Assembly: GCA_031411295.1 (NCBI GenBank)
Contig: JANOAV010000197.1
Coordinates: 1-47,301 of the forward strand
Reading direction: 5' to 3'
DNA: 47,301 bases
DNA from: Verrucomicrobiales bacterium
GTDB taxonomy: Bacteria > Verrucomicrobiota > Verrucomicrobiia > Verrucomicrobiales > V1-33
Part shown: one piece after another, positions 1 through 9,401 of the stretch
How positions within the stretch are numbered: the first letter of the stretch is position 1
Layout of the letters: each line of letters starts with the position of its first letter
Notes under the pieces: model-generated
The model's database searches: none
What the model was told of the DNA's origin: nothing
The model's input: the letters and a program-made list of their open reading frames with translations, nothing else
Made by a program: the position numbers and the translations under genes

Positions 1-23
1 TGGGGGCAGAATGCCCCCGCCAC
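1..23 (-). repeat. REP-like palindrome (GTGG-type)
   Basis: Minus strand reads GTGG-CGGGGGC-ATTCT-GCCCCCA: a GTGG tetranucleotide followed by a GC-rich hairpin, downstream of the 60..1079 gene. Its partner is probably outside the window. Confidence 0.55.
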
Positions 24-59
24 ATTTCGGCTTAGATTTCTGGGTTATTTCGGAACTCA

Positions 60-1079
60 TTATTCGGGCTCGCCTCCTCCTTGGGCCTTGAGTTCCTCGC
101 TCAGCAGCGATGACGCCCCCGTGGTCACGATGACATCATCCGCAGTGAGCCCACCGGCTTCGGTGATAAACCAGCCTTTATCAGCCTCCAATGGCGTATC
201 CAGCGCGATGGGTTTGCGAACATACTTTTCTGCTTCCTCCTGCGCATAGACCCAGGTGCGACCATCATGGCGGATGACCGCGGAACGTGGAATTGCATAA
301 CCGGGGCGAGCTTTTTCCGGCAACTCCAGCCAAGCGGTCAAAGCCATGCCCGGACGCAGGGTAAAGGGCGGCTGCTCGATGCGGAGGATGAAGCCCTGCG
401 CTTGCGTCCGCACATCGGTGGTGGCGGCGGGGATGATAATTGAGCTGGTCAAACTTTGGTTTTCCCGCCCCATGACGACCACGCGGGCGCTCTTGGGCAG
501 TTCCGGCAAGGCATCGCCCGGCATCAGATCCACGCGCAACAAGGCGACTTTCCCTGCGATGACTTGCTCGATGAAATCATGTCGCTGCGCAGGGTCGCTG
601 TTAAAGACCGCGCCCCACTGCATCTGAGCCGAGCGGGTTAAATTCTGCGTTTTGATTTTATCGGCCTGAAACTGCGCTTCGGAGGCTTCGACGTTTTTCT
701 TGCTCGTATTGTTAGTCGCAAAGAGTTCCTTCGCTCGATCACTCTCGGCTTTGGAGGCGTTGAGGGCCGATTCGGCGGCAGCCAGATCTCCATCGAGCGC
801 AACCAACGCGGTGGGATCCAGCACGCTGCCAAAGGCCACGCGGGTGGCTTGGAGTTCCATTTTTTCCGGCTGGTCTTTATCGACCCCCAAAGCCGCGGCA
901 CGCTCTTTTTCCAGCATCACAGTGAAATCTTCTGGAGCTTCCGCTTCCTCCGCAGGCGCAGTGGCTTCATCGCCATCGGCATCGGGCTTTTCTTCTTGCT
1001 TGCGCACGCCGAGCATGAGCACGTAGCCCAAGCCTGCGAGGAAGCCGAGAGTTAGGATGAGATTGATGAGTTTCTTCAT
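60..1079 (-). CDS. RND efflux periplasmic adaptor (membrane fusion protein, CzcB/CusB-like)
   Basis: N-terminal TM helix, acidic linker, alpha-hairpin (AAAESALNASKAESDRAKELF), LRPGM motif, and a C-terminal IPRSAVIRHDGRTWVY...GLTADDVIVTTGA pattern typical of MFPs. Start moved to ATG 1079 because the ORF-track start lies inside a REP. Confidence 0.8.
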   Translation of the reverse strand: MKKLINLILTLGFLAGLGYVLMLGVRKQEEKPDADGDEATAPAEEAEAPEDFTVMLEKERAAALGVDKDQPEKMELQATRVAFGSVLDPTALVALDGDLAAAESALNASKAESDRAKELFATNNTSKKNVEASEAQFQADKIKTQNLTRSAQMQWGAVFNSDPAQRHDFIEQVIAGKVALLRVDLMPGDALPELPKSARVVVMGRENQSLTSSIIIPAATTDVRTQAQGFILRIEQPPFTLRPGMALTAWLELPEKARPGYAIPRSAVIRHDGRTWVYAQEEAEKYVRKPIALDTPLEADKGWFITEAGGLTADDVIVTTGASSLLSEELKAQGGGEPE

Positions 1080-1093
1080 GGGAATGAGGCGGA

Positions 1094-1198
1094 GTGGCAT
1101 GGGCGTCTCGCCCATTAGCCTTAGGCTGGCCAGCGATTAAATTTTCGCGGATGAAATGGCGCGCATGTTGGGGCTGATGGGCGGGACGCCCATGCCAC
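1094..1198. repeat. Inverted REP doublet (REPIN-like)
   Basis: GTGGCATGGGCGTCTCGCCCAT (1094-1115) and ATGGGCGGGACGCCCATGCCAC (1177-1198) are reverse complements with 1 mismatch. Each is GTGG plus an internal hairpin. Confidence 0.8.
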
Positions 1199-1204
1199 GT
1201 TTGA

Positions 1205-1654
1205 TTATTCGGGTTTCACACTGCCGTCTTCGAGGTATTCCACTTCACTCTCCTTGCCTTTCAAGACGTAGAGAGCTTCGAAGGTCAGTTTGCCCTCACG
1301 GGAAATGTGCTGCACGCGCTTGATGGTCGCTCCTTTAGCACCGGCTTCGATCGCTTTCTTCACCACGGCGGGAACCTCGGCCAGCGGAATCGTAAATTCA
1401 TCCAGCACGATCTTTCCTTCAGCGTTCGAGGAAACTTCGCGCTCCGGTTTTCCCTTTTCCGTGATCACCGCCTCATAGACGGTGACTTTGCCATCCTTTT
1501 CCAGGCTGACGGATTCAATGTGGCCAGTGCCGGCAGCCTGCTTCAAGGCTTCAGCCGCGGGCTTGGGGATTTTGGCGAGTTTCGCTGTCACCGCAGCGTC
1601 ATCGGCATGAAGTGTTAGGCCGAGGGTGAACAGGAGCGTGAGGATAAGTTTCAT
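1205..1654 (-). CDS. Secreted PepSY-like repeat protein
   Basis: Signal peptide (MKLILTLLFTLGLTLHA), then two similar domains (IPKPAAEALK..YEA..G..REV..AEGKI and VPAVVKKAIEA..FEA..GKESEV..EDGSV). Confidence 0.75.
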   Translation of the reverse strand: MKLILTLLFTLGLTLHADDAAVTAKLAKIPKPAAEALKQAAGTGHIESVSLEKDGKVTVYEAVITEKGKPEREVSSNAEGKIVLDEFTIPLAEVPAVVKKAIEAGAKGATIKRVQHISREGKLTFEALYVLKGKESEVEYLEDGSVKPE

Positions 1655-1667
1655 AGTGCTAAAGAAA

Positions 1668-1760
1668 GTAGTGATGTAATTTAGTCCGTAACGGGATTGG
1701 GTGGAAATCGCAAGTTAAGTTATGCCTTGGTTGTGAGGTCGGACTAAAGTTCGGCATTAC
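1668..1760. repeat. Degenerate inverted REP doublet (GTAG-type)
   Basis: GTAGTGATGTAATTTAGTCCG (1668-1688) versus the reverse complement of CGGACTAAAGTTCGGCATTAC (1740-1760): 16/21 identical, intergenic. Confidence 0.55.
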
Positions 1761-1766
1761 TTTTGG

Positions 1767-2126
1767 CTAGGCTTTTGTCGGGGCGGGCCGCCCCGACTCC
1801 TTTACTTTTTCGGCAGCCTCGTGCTCGGCGGATTCCGTTTCCTCAGACACGATCACGCCAGTTTTGGCGTCCACTTGAATTTCCTTAATGTCCTTCGTGC
1901 CAGGCTGGGAAATGTCGAACGACCAGACGAGCTTGCCGTCTTCCTTCTCCAATTCGCCTTCCGTAATTTTTCCGCCCTTAACGCGGGCCAGTGCTGTGGC
2001 CTCAGCAGTGGCGCGCGGAACCGCAGCTTCCGACGGCTTGGGCGTGGATTCACAACTGAAGCAACAAGTGGCGACCAGCACGGAGCAGACCCCGCGCACG
2101 AATTGGGTATGGGCTTTGGATTTCAT
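1767..2126 (-). CDS. PepSY domain (lipo)protein
   Basis: Signal-like N-terminus with FSC, followed by the PepSY pattern AEATALARVKGGKITEGELEKEDGKLVWSFDI...EIQVDAKTGVI. Confidence 0.8.
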   Translation of the reverse strand: MKSKAHTQFVRGVCSVLVATCCFSCESTPKPSEAAVPRATAEATALARVKGGKITEGELEKEDGKLVWSFDISQPGTKDIKEIQVDAKTGVIVSEETESAEHEAAEKVKESGRPAPTKA

Positions 2127-2315
2127 GATGGAATCATTTAACTGACCTCCCGGCGCGACGCATCATGGGAAGTATGAAATCGCTGTCAGCAAGCACGCGG
2201 CATGAGAAAAAGAATGTCCATGTGCTAAAATCTCCTGCATGATGGCAGAAATTGATTTTCGTATCTCCGGTTTTACTTCAGATTACAAACCACTCACGAA
2301 ATTCACCCCCACCCC

Positions 2316-3005
2316 ATGCGAGTTCTCATAGTCGAAGATGAAGCGAAAATGGCCACCCTCCTGCTGGATGGCCTGCGGGACCACGGACTGGCGGCAGAGG
2401 TCTGCGCCCGGGGCGATGAGGCGCTGCTGAAACTGCAAGCCGGCGGTTTTGATGCCGCTGTGCTGGACATCATGTTGCCTGGGCTCAATGGCATCGCGAT
2501 CACCCGAAAGCTCCGTGAGCGGGGCCACACGGTGCCCATTCTCATGGTCTCCGCGTTGGGATCGGTGGACGAACGTGTGGCGGGCATTGAGGCGGGCGCA
2601 GATGATTATTTGGCGAAGCCGTTTGCGGTGAAAGAACTCATCGCCCGCTTGAAATCACTGGGTCGGCGGTCGCTGCAAATGCCGCAGATGGCCAGTCCGC
2701 AGGTGCTGCGGTTGGCGGATTTGACGCTGGATCTCCAACGCCGGGAGGCGCGACGAGGCGGTGAGTTGCTGCATTTATCGGCCAAGGAAACGCTTTTACT
2801 GGAAGTGCTTCTGCGCCATGCCGGACTGATCTGCGGCAGGCGGTTGCTGTTGCAAGAAGTTTGGGAATATCAATTCGATCAGGGATCGAATTTGGTGGAT
2901 GTCTTCATCCGTCGGCTGCGGTTAAAGTTGGATTTGGGTCATGAAGTCAAATTGCTGCACACGGTGCGCGGAGCAGGTTATTTGCTCAAGGAAGGAAGCC
3001 CGTGA
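2316..3005 (+). CDS. OmpR/PhoB-family response regulator (CusR/CzcR-like)
   Basis: MRVLIVEDE, LDIMLPG, GADDYLAKPF, and winged-helix VDVFIRRLRLKLD...LHTVRGAGY. Confidence 0.95.
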   Translation: MRVLIVEDEAKMATLLLDGLRDHGLAAEVCARGDEALLKLQAGGFDAAVLDIMLPGLNGIAITRKLRERGHTVPILMVSALGSVDERVAGIEAGADDYLAKPFAVKELIARLKSLGRRSLQMPQMASPQVLRLADLTLDLQRREARRGGELLHLSAKETLLLEVLLRHAGLICGRRLLLQEVWEYQFDQGSNLVDVFIRRLRLKLDLGHEVKLLHTVRGAGYLLKEGSP

Positions 3006-4039
3006 AGAGCCGCCCGGTCGCCACCCGCTTGGCTTGGAGCTTCACCCTGGTGATGGTTATTGGGCTGCTCTTGATCGCAGCGATGGCCTATTATGAATTG
3101 GCGGTGGAGCCATCCGATGACGAACCTCCGATGCAACGGGTGGTGGAAATCGCAGGGGCAGCGGCGGTCTGTGTGGCGCTATTATCCTGGATCGGTTGGT
3201 GGTTGGCCCGCCGAGCGCTGCGCCCGGCAGAAACCTTGGCCGGGGCGGCGGATCGGATCGACGAAGGCAACTTGGCGGAAAAGATTTCTCTGCCGGGAAG
3301 TGGCGCAGAATTCGAACGACTTGCAGACGTCTTCAATCGCATGACGACCCGGCTGGATGCCTCATTTCAACGGGTGAAGCAGTTTACGCTCTATGCTTCC
3401 CATGAACTAAAAACCCCGCTTAGCATCCTGCGCGCGGAGTTCGAGCACTTAGTGGACGATCCGCAGCGAAGTGAATCTGATCGCGAGCACTTCGCCCGCC
3501 ACTTAGATGAAATTGAAAGACTCGCGCAGATCGTGGACGGCCTGACCTTTCTGGCTAAGGCTGACGCCAATCTCATCCCACTAGCCAAAGAGGATGTAGC
3601 GCTGCAACCCTTGATTGCAGGGGCCTTGGAGGACACCGCTGCGCTCGGAGCGGCCCTGGAGTTGACGGTCAGCGTCGGGAGCAATGATCCGGTCGTGTGG
3701 CAGGGAGATCGGCATCGACTGCGTCAGTTGCTGGTGATTCTGTGTGATAACGCGGTGAAATATAATCGTCCCGGCGGCTCCATTGTCCTCAGCTTGGAAC
3801 AACACGCAGACCACTCTGCACTCCGCGTCACCAACACGGGTCCCGGCATCCCGGAAGCGGATCAGAGCCGCGTCTTTCAACGATTCTATCGCGGAGCCAG
3901 CGGCCTGGCGGACCACTTGGAAGGCTGCGGCCTGGGCCTTTGCATCGCCCAGTGGATTGTAGCTGGACATGGTGGGTTGTTGAGCTTCACTTCAGAAAAT
4001 GACCGCACGGAGTTTGTGGCCAAATTGAGCGCTGGCTAG
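3002..4039 (+). CDS. HAMP-domain sensor histidine kinase
   Basis: Two TM helices, HAMP, H-box ASHELKTPL, N-box DNAVKYN, G-boxes NTGPGIP and GCGLGL. GTGA overlap with the regulator. Confidence 0.93.
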   Translation: MKSRPVATRLAWSFTLVMVIGLLLIAAMAYYELAVEPSDDEPPMQRVVEIAGAAAVCVALLSWIGWWLARRALRPAETLAGAADRIDEGNLAEKISLPGSGAEFERLADVFNRMTTRLDASFQRVKQFTLYASHELKTPLSILRAEFEHLVDDPQRSESDREHFARHLDEIERLAQIVDGLTFLAKADANLIPLAKEDVALQPLIAGALEDTAALGAALELTVSVGSNDPVVWQGDRHRLRQLLVILCDNAVKYNRPGGSIVLSLEQHADHSALRVTNTGPGIPEADQSRVFQRFYRGASGLADHLEGCGLGLCIAQWIVAGHGGLLSFTSENDRTEFVAKLSAG

Positions 4040-4557
4040 GCAATCGGATCTGGACAGACAGCGCGACGCTGACATTTTAGACAATGGTTGCCCATGTAGA
4101 GTTCATCGATTTCCTCCATGAGCCGACGCACCGTGGGCTTGTCATCGGTCAGCACGCCGGATTCGAAATTCCGCCGATGTGCGTTCTTGGGACCGAGTCC
4201 GGCCCCGGTAAAATTTGCGCTCCCCAGATAGGCCAGTTTGCTATCGATGATAACGACTTTCATATGCAGACGCGGGCACAAGACGCGTTCAAAGCGTTCG
4301 CTGCGGAGTTCGGGAAATTTATCAAAGTCCGCGCGAAACCTTGGTCCGGGCTCCTTGGCGTGCAGCAAGCGCACCATCACGCCTTCGCCCACCAGTCGCG
4401 CCAACACGGCTAGGAAGGGCTCATACTTGCCCTTGCGAGTCTCGACGTGCATGTCCTTCAAGTCAGCGGTGGCGATCCAAACGAGCTTGGTGGCGGCCGG
4501 GATGATGTCCTTCAGCAATCGCTGGTAATGATCCTGATGGAGGAGCAGTTCCCACAT
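4036..4557 (-). CDS. Stand-alone phospholipase D-family (single HKD) protein
   Basis: HMKVVIID...LGSANFTGAG...NFESG motif and a C-terminal CxxC-x5-C. Confidence 0.85.
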   Translation of the reverse strand: MWELLLHQDHYQRLLKDIIPAATKLVWIATADLKDMHVETRKGKYEPFLAVLARLVGEGVMVRLLHAKEPGPRFRADFDKFPELRSERFERVLCPRLHMKVVIIDSKLAYLGSANFTGAGLGPKNAHRRNFESGVLTDDKPTVRRLMEEIDELYMGNHCLKCQRRAVCPDPIA

Positions 4558-4563
4558 AAGCGG

Positions 4564-7542
4564 CTAGATTTCCGCAGACCCAGCCTCGCATTGGAAACGA
4601 AGGCGAATTTCATTTTCCAGATCGCTGAGAATTTTGATTTCACCATGAATCTGTTGCGATAAGGCTTCGACCACTTTCCAACCAACGCCCTGGGTGCGAT
4701 CCGCCACGACGGATTCCGTATGGAAGGGACCATTGTCCTTGAGTGTGAGAATGCCCGCGCTGCGGCCCATCTCGAGTCTTATTTCAATGGTGCCACGGGC
4801 TTCTCCGGGGAAGGTATGCACCACCGTAGTGGAGAGCAGTTCCTGCAAAATCAGCCCCAAATTGAGCGCCATTTTTTGCTTTAATTTTATGGGCAGGGGC
4901 GGAGGGGCAATGGAAACCCGACCATCCACCACGCGGTGGGTTCGGAGGACTTGCACTGCCAATTCGGCGGCAAATCTACTGAAGTCCACCAAGCCAGAAT
5001 CTCCATCCACCAACCGATACACTAACGCCACCACGCCCACGCGATCTTTGCTTTCTTGCAAGGCTTCGCGCACCGCCGGGCTCAAGCCGACTTCATTGGC
5101 CTGAAGGCTCAGCAGACTGGTGAGGACTTGGAGATCATTACGGGCGCGGTGCAGGCTTACCATCGAGTCATGCACACTGGGCTCTGCGGGCGGGGCGGGT
5201 TTCCGTTCCGCGGGCATGGCTTGTTCCTCTGTCGTGATCTCCCGCATCAGGCCGAAAAAGCCTTTGGTCCCATGATCATCAAATGGCACCAACTCCACCG
5301 AGACGCGACCAGTGTGACCGTCCTTGTGAAAGAAAGAGGATTTACCAATCCAACAACGATGGCGATTGATATGCTCGGAAATCTTCTGGGCAAATTCCTT
5401 CGGTTGGTCGGGCAGGAACAGCTTATACAATCCGCTCCCGAGCAATTCTGCTTTGGCGTAACCAAACAAGGCCTCAGCCGCCGGGTTGACGTTGCAAATG
5501 CGACCCTTTTCATTCGTGATGATGGCCGCCTGGCGCAGTAATTCGATGGCGGAGAACTCGTAATTTCCAGCTGCATCCCCCTCTTCCGGGGTGACCGGAC
5601 CGGCTTCCGTTGGCAAGGCCCGGATCGTAAGTCCAAGGCGGGTTTCCCGCGATTCACCCTCGGGAACCAGGGCCAATAGGCGCGCTTCGCAACGGCGGGG
5701 CACTTCCTCCGCTCCCAGCCGGTATTTAAATTCACAGCGGGCTTCGGCATCCAGCGATTCCTCAAGTCCCTGCATCATTTCCTGGAGCGGGAAATTTTCC
5801 GCCAGATCAGGGAAGACTTCGGCAAACAGGCGTCCCTCTACCACACCGTCCGGCGGGAGCATGTGGGCAAAATCACGCGTCGGAAAGTGCGCGCTAATCT
5901 CACCGGTCGGGCGCAACTCCAAGACCAAGTCCCACGTCGCTTGGAGCAAACGATTTGGGGTCGGTGGAGGAGCAACTGGAGCAGGCATGGGTTCTGGGGG
6001 GAGGGATTGAAAATAGTAGGCAGTGAAGACTGGCGCGCCAGACGAATTCTTGACGATACGCAAATCACACTGCAGGGCAACGCTGACACCCTGACGTGAA
6101 CAAACCGTAATCGTAAACGGAGCCACTACTGTGCCAGCGCGCGCAGAAAAGGCCATTTTGCGCAGCGTTTGGTAATCTTCCTCGGAAAAGAATTGCTCCA
6201 GACCGAGCCGACGCATGTCGAGTCGGGAGCAGCCCACCAATTGCTCAAACTGGGCGCTCGCGTCGGTGACATTGCCGACTGCATTAACGACCACAACACC
6301 CTGGGGCGCTTGCAAAAATAGGTTACGGAAACGGGCTTCACTGGCGCGCATCGCTTCCTCCTCGCGACGGGCGTCGGTCACGTCGAAGATCGCAATCAGG
6401 AGACGTTCCTCGGGGAGGGCAGAGGGGCGGAACTCGATTTCCTTCAGCAGACTTTCGGCACTCCGCATGGTCATGACCATGGGCAAACGCCGCCGCCAGA
6501 CTTGCTCATACCACGCTTCGATGGTCGCTCTTTGCTGCCCGGGCTCCGCCACCACGCCCTGCTCCAGCCAGCCTTGCAGGCCGCCAGCGGCTTCCACTGA
6601 GAGTCCCAGCACCGTGCGATGCTGGGGGTTGGCATAGATCAGATTAGCCGTATCATCCAGCAGGAGCAATCCGAAGGGCGAGGCCTCCGTGATCTGCTGA
6701 TGGAAACTAGCAGACATGGCCGGGGCCGCTTTCGGAGCCATGGAGAGCTGCAGATCGCGTGGCAGGATATCGCCTGCATGCGGGGGGAATTTCTCGATGA
6801 CGGGCACATCCAATTTGGCGCTTACCGGACTTAAAGGCGCCTCGTCGGAAACTGTCTTCCAATCAAAGGCCCCGCCCTCTGGTTCGCTGGCTGCCGTGGT
6901 GGTTGATGCAACTGGCAGCGGTTGCGCAACCTCTGAGAGTTCGTGCTCGGCAATGGCTGGGGGTGGTGCATCAGCGGAAAATATGGCCGCCACATCCAGC
7001 AATTCCGGAGCTGGGACCTCCGTTGCGGCCGCGTTGTCCTGCGCTGGCGCCGGAATTTCCGCCGCTGGTGGCGCGACCGCCGCCGAGGGTTGCTCCGGCT
7101 CCTTTAAATCCTCGGTGGGATGGGTTAGTAAATTGACTCCCACATTCCATCCATGCCATCTGCGGGCGGCCTCCACCGTGGACTCCACCTTGGTGCCCTC
7201 GAACGGCAGACTAACGAATTCGTTGAACCCATGCCACTCGGAGGCCGGGGCCCGGTATTCCCCCAGCCCAGCCACATACGGCTGAATCCGCCCGGCTCGG
7301 GTGCGCAACCAAGCCACAAATTCCAGCACCGCTTCGTTATCCCCATTCAATGGCGTGACCACGAGGGCTTGATCATCAAATAACTCCCGACCCAGTTCGA
7401 CATCCGAACAACCCAACGCCCTCACACCCTGCTCCTCCAAATGTTCAGTCACCATTTGGCGGCGTAGTTCATCTGCATCCACTACCAACGCACGGATGCT
7501 AGCGGTAATTGATGGGGTCGGTAGAGAATCGGTTTCGGGCAT
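4564..7542 (-). CDS. Multi-PAS sensor with HisKA_2-type kinase-like C-terminus and degenerate receiver-like N-terminus
   Basis: ALVVDAD N-terminus, Pro/Ala-rich linker, PAS segments (ASPFGLLLLD..YANP; SEARFRNLF; VNPAAEALFGY), HRARNDLQVLTSLLSLQA, DNG and GVG boxes. Confidence 0.8.
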   Translation of the reverse strand: MPETDSLPTPSITASIRALVVDADELRRQMVTEHLEEQGVRALGCSDVELGRELFDDQALVVTPLNGDNEAVLEFVAWLRTRAGRIQPYVAGLGEYRAPASEWHGFNEFVSLPFEGTKVESTVEAARRWHGWNVGVNLLTHPTEDLKEPEQPSAAVAPPAAEIPAPAQDNAAATEVPAPELLDVAAIFSADAPPPAIAEHELSEVAQPLPVASTTTAASEPEGGAFDWKTVSDEAPLSPVSAKLDVPVIEKFPPHAGDILPRDLQLSMAPKAAPAMSASFHQQITEASPFGLLLLDDTANLIYANPQHRTVLGLSVEAAGGLQGWLEQGVVAEPGQQRATIEAWYEQVWRRRLPMVMTMRSAESLLKEIEFRPSALPEERLLIAIFDVTDARREEEAMRASEARFRNLFLQAPQGVVVVNAVGNVTDASAQFEQLVGCSRLDMRRLGLEQFFSEEDYQTLRKMAFSARAGTVVAPFTITVCSRQGVSVALQCDLRIVKNSSGAPVFTAYYFQSLPPEPMPAPVAPPPTPNRLLQATWDLVLELRPTGEISAHFPTRDFAHMLPPDGVVEGRLFAEVFPDLAENFPLQEMMQGLEESLDAEARCEFKYRLGAEEVPRRCEARLLALVPEGESRETRLGLTIRALPTEAGPVTPEEGDAAGNYEFSAIELLRQAAIITNEKGRICNVNPAAEALFGYAKAELLGSGLYKLFLPDQPKEFAQKISEHINRHRCWIGKSSFFHKDGHTGRVSVELVPFDDHGTKGFFGLMREITTEEQAMPAERKPAPPAEPSVHDSMVSLHRARNDLQVLTSLLSLQANEVGLSPAVREALQESKDRVGVVALVYRLVDGDSGLVDFSRFAAELAVQVLRTHRVVDGRVSIAPPPLPIKLKQKMALNLGLILQELLSTTVVHTFPGEARGTIEIRLEMGRSAGILTLKDNGPFHTESVVADRTQGVGWKVVEALSQQIHGEIKILSDLENEIRLRFQCEAGSAEI

Positions 7543-7741
7543 GGTCGGAAGCTGTTTGGACTCTCATTTCTGATAAACAGAAACGGATTGAATCTTACAC
7601 CTAAGAATACTATTCGACAAGCTTAAATGAGTCGATGATGCAATAAATGCTCCTCGAACAAGGTGCGTTTGATCATCAACTCAGCTTGGTGGGTTGAGGC
7701 TATGCAGGAGCGCTCCCCCAACTTAGTTAGTCTTTACCATC

Positions 7742-9325
7742 TCACTTGCTAGGCGGCAGCACCACGACTGCGGTTCCGATCGCGTTGCCGTCCCAACTTT
7801 GGCGCGCGGCAGCTCCGAAATACAGCACCGATGCGTTTCCTTGGGTTTGTAAAAATGGCGTTACCTGCCCAAAGCGATCAGTCTCCCCGCCAGTGAGCGG
7901 CAGCAGCAATTGGCTCGGCTTCCACCTCATGCCATCGGCACTCTGTGTCCAGCGGATGCCCTGGCGAGACTCGATGACCATGATCAACCGATTTCCCTGT
8001 CGCGAAACATGAATCGCGCCAGATCCTTCGTGGAACACAGGTGCCGCATGACGCTGCCACGCTACTCCGTCGGATGATTCCGCGTAGCCGACGGCCCGGC
8101 CTTCCCGCTGCACCAGGGCGGCGGAAGCACTCGCGACGGCGGCAGCGGGCGTCGCTTGACCGTCATACCATAAGCGAAATTTCCCACCTTCGTGCAGCAC
8201 TGCGGGTCGCCCGACTTTGGCGGAGTCACAGGCCGCGCCCGGGCCACAGGGGAGGACCACGCCGCGCTTTTCCCAAGTGATCCCATCAGTCGAAGTCGCA
8301 GCGGCAATTTCATCCTGCTCAGCGGTGGCCGCTACCGTGTAGAACATCCACCAGAAGCCATTGACCTTCACCACCGAAGGATCGTTCACATGATTGGCCG
8401 AACCGCAATCCAACACCACGCCACGCTTGCGCCACGTTTTGCCGTCCGTGGAATCTGCCAGGTGAATTCGGTCATGTCCGTCCTTGCCCTGTCCCCCATA
8501 CCACATGAGCCAACGGTCCCCGTCGCGTTGGACCTCTGGAGCGTAAACATTTCCCAGACCGTGCGGAGCGAGTTCCGTGACCGCTTCGCCCCGCAGTAAC
8601 ACGTGCATTGCCGCCTGCGGAAACCGAGGGTGCTGCCGCAGCGCCTGCCAGAGGGCGCTGGCGATCGCTTTCATCCTGCGGTCTCCTGGATGTCCCGCCA
8701 CGCCCGCATGAGCAATGGTGCGCTCGCTTTTCGCTTGGTTGGCCTCGTCCTGACCCAGCGCTGAAATATCGACAAACGTGGCCCCAGCATCCGCACAGGC
8801 TTGCTGCAGCAGCCTGTCCTTCACTGGGTTGGGCCAAAAGCAACTGCGCACGAAAATGATTGGATTTCCCTGCCCTTTCAGCCCAGTCACCAATTTCGCG
8901 AACGCAGCGGCAAAGCTTTCCTGCAGAGCCGGAGTCGAGAGTTCGGGCACGTTCTCTCCTAGCGCTAACACCATTATCTCCGCGCCAAAAGCTTGCTCTG
9001 CCTTCAGGCCCTCCGTGACATCGAAGGTCTGGAAGCCTCGCTCAAAGTCCGCCAGATTCCGCACCAGCGCCTCGGGTTTCACCCCCCAGCAGGCGGTCAT
9101 CTCCGCGATTAGCAAATGCACGTAATCCTTTTCCTGCGCAGTAGCAGCCATCCCCCAATGACCCGTCCAGCCAATCTCTGGAGCCGGGGCATGCAGCGTA
9201 ATGCTGTTGCCGAGGAATAGCACCTTCTTAGGCCTAACAACGGTCTGACCCGACGGACCAGACGCTGCGGGAACCAAGCCGGCCAGCAGGAGGAAGTAAA
9301 TTAAGGAAAGCAGGAGTCGCATCAT
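7742..9325 (-). CDS. Secreted SGNH/GDSL hydrolase fused to a five-bladed beta-propeller glycosidase-like domain
   Basis: Signal peptide, FLGNSIT and GHP SGNH blocks, then VYAPEV, NDPSVV and GRPAVL blades with repeated SxDGxxW motifs. Confidence 0.75.
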   Translation of the reverse strand: MMRLLLSLIYFLLLAGLVPAASGPSGQTVVRPKKVLFLGNSITLHAPAPEIGWTGHWGMAATAQEKDYVHLLIAEMTACWGVKPEALVRNLADFERGFQTFDVTEGLKAEQAFGAEIMVLALGENVPELSTPALQESFAAAFAKLVTGLKGQGNPIIFVRSCFWPNPVKDRLLQQACADAGATFVDISALGQDEANQAKSERTIAHAGVAGHPGDRRMKAIASALWQALRQHPRFPQAAMHVLLRGEAVTELAPHGLGNVYAPEVQRDGDRWLMWYGGQGKDGHDRIHLADSTDGKTWRKRGVVLDCGSANHVNDPSVVKVNGFWWMFYTVAATAEQDEIAAATSTDGITWEKRGVVLPCGPGAACDSAKVGRPAVLHEGGKFRLWYDGQATPAAAVASASAALVQREGRAVGYAESSDGVAWQRHAAPVFHEGSGAIHVSRQGNRLIMVIESRQGIRWTQSADGMRWKPSQLLLPLTGGETDRFGQVTPFLQTQGNASVLYFGAAARQSWDGNAIGTAVVVLPPSK

Positions 9326-9401
9326 TCCACCAATACCCCATCACCTAGGCTTGCAGCAACCACGCATGAAGGGTTTCTACGCGTGCCTCAGGCCAACTTT
9401 A

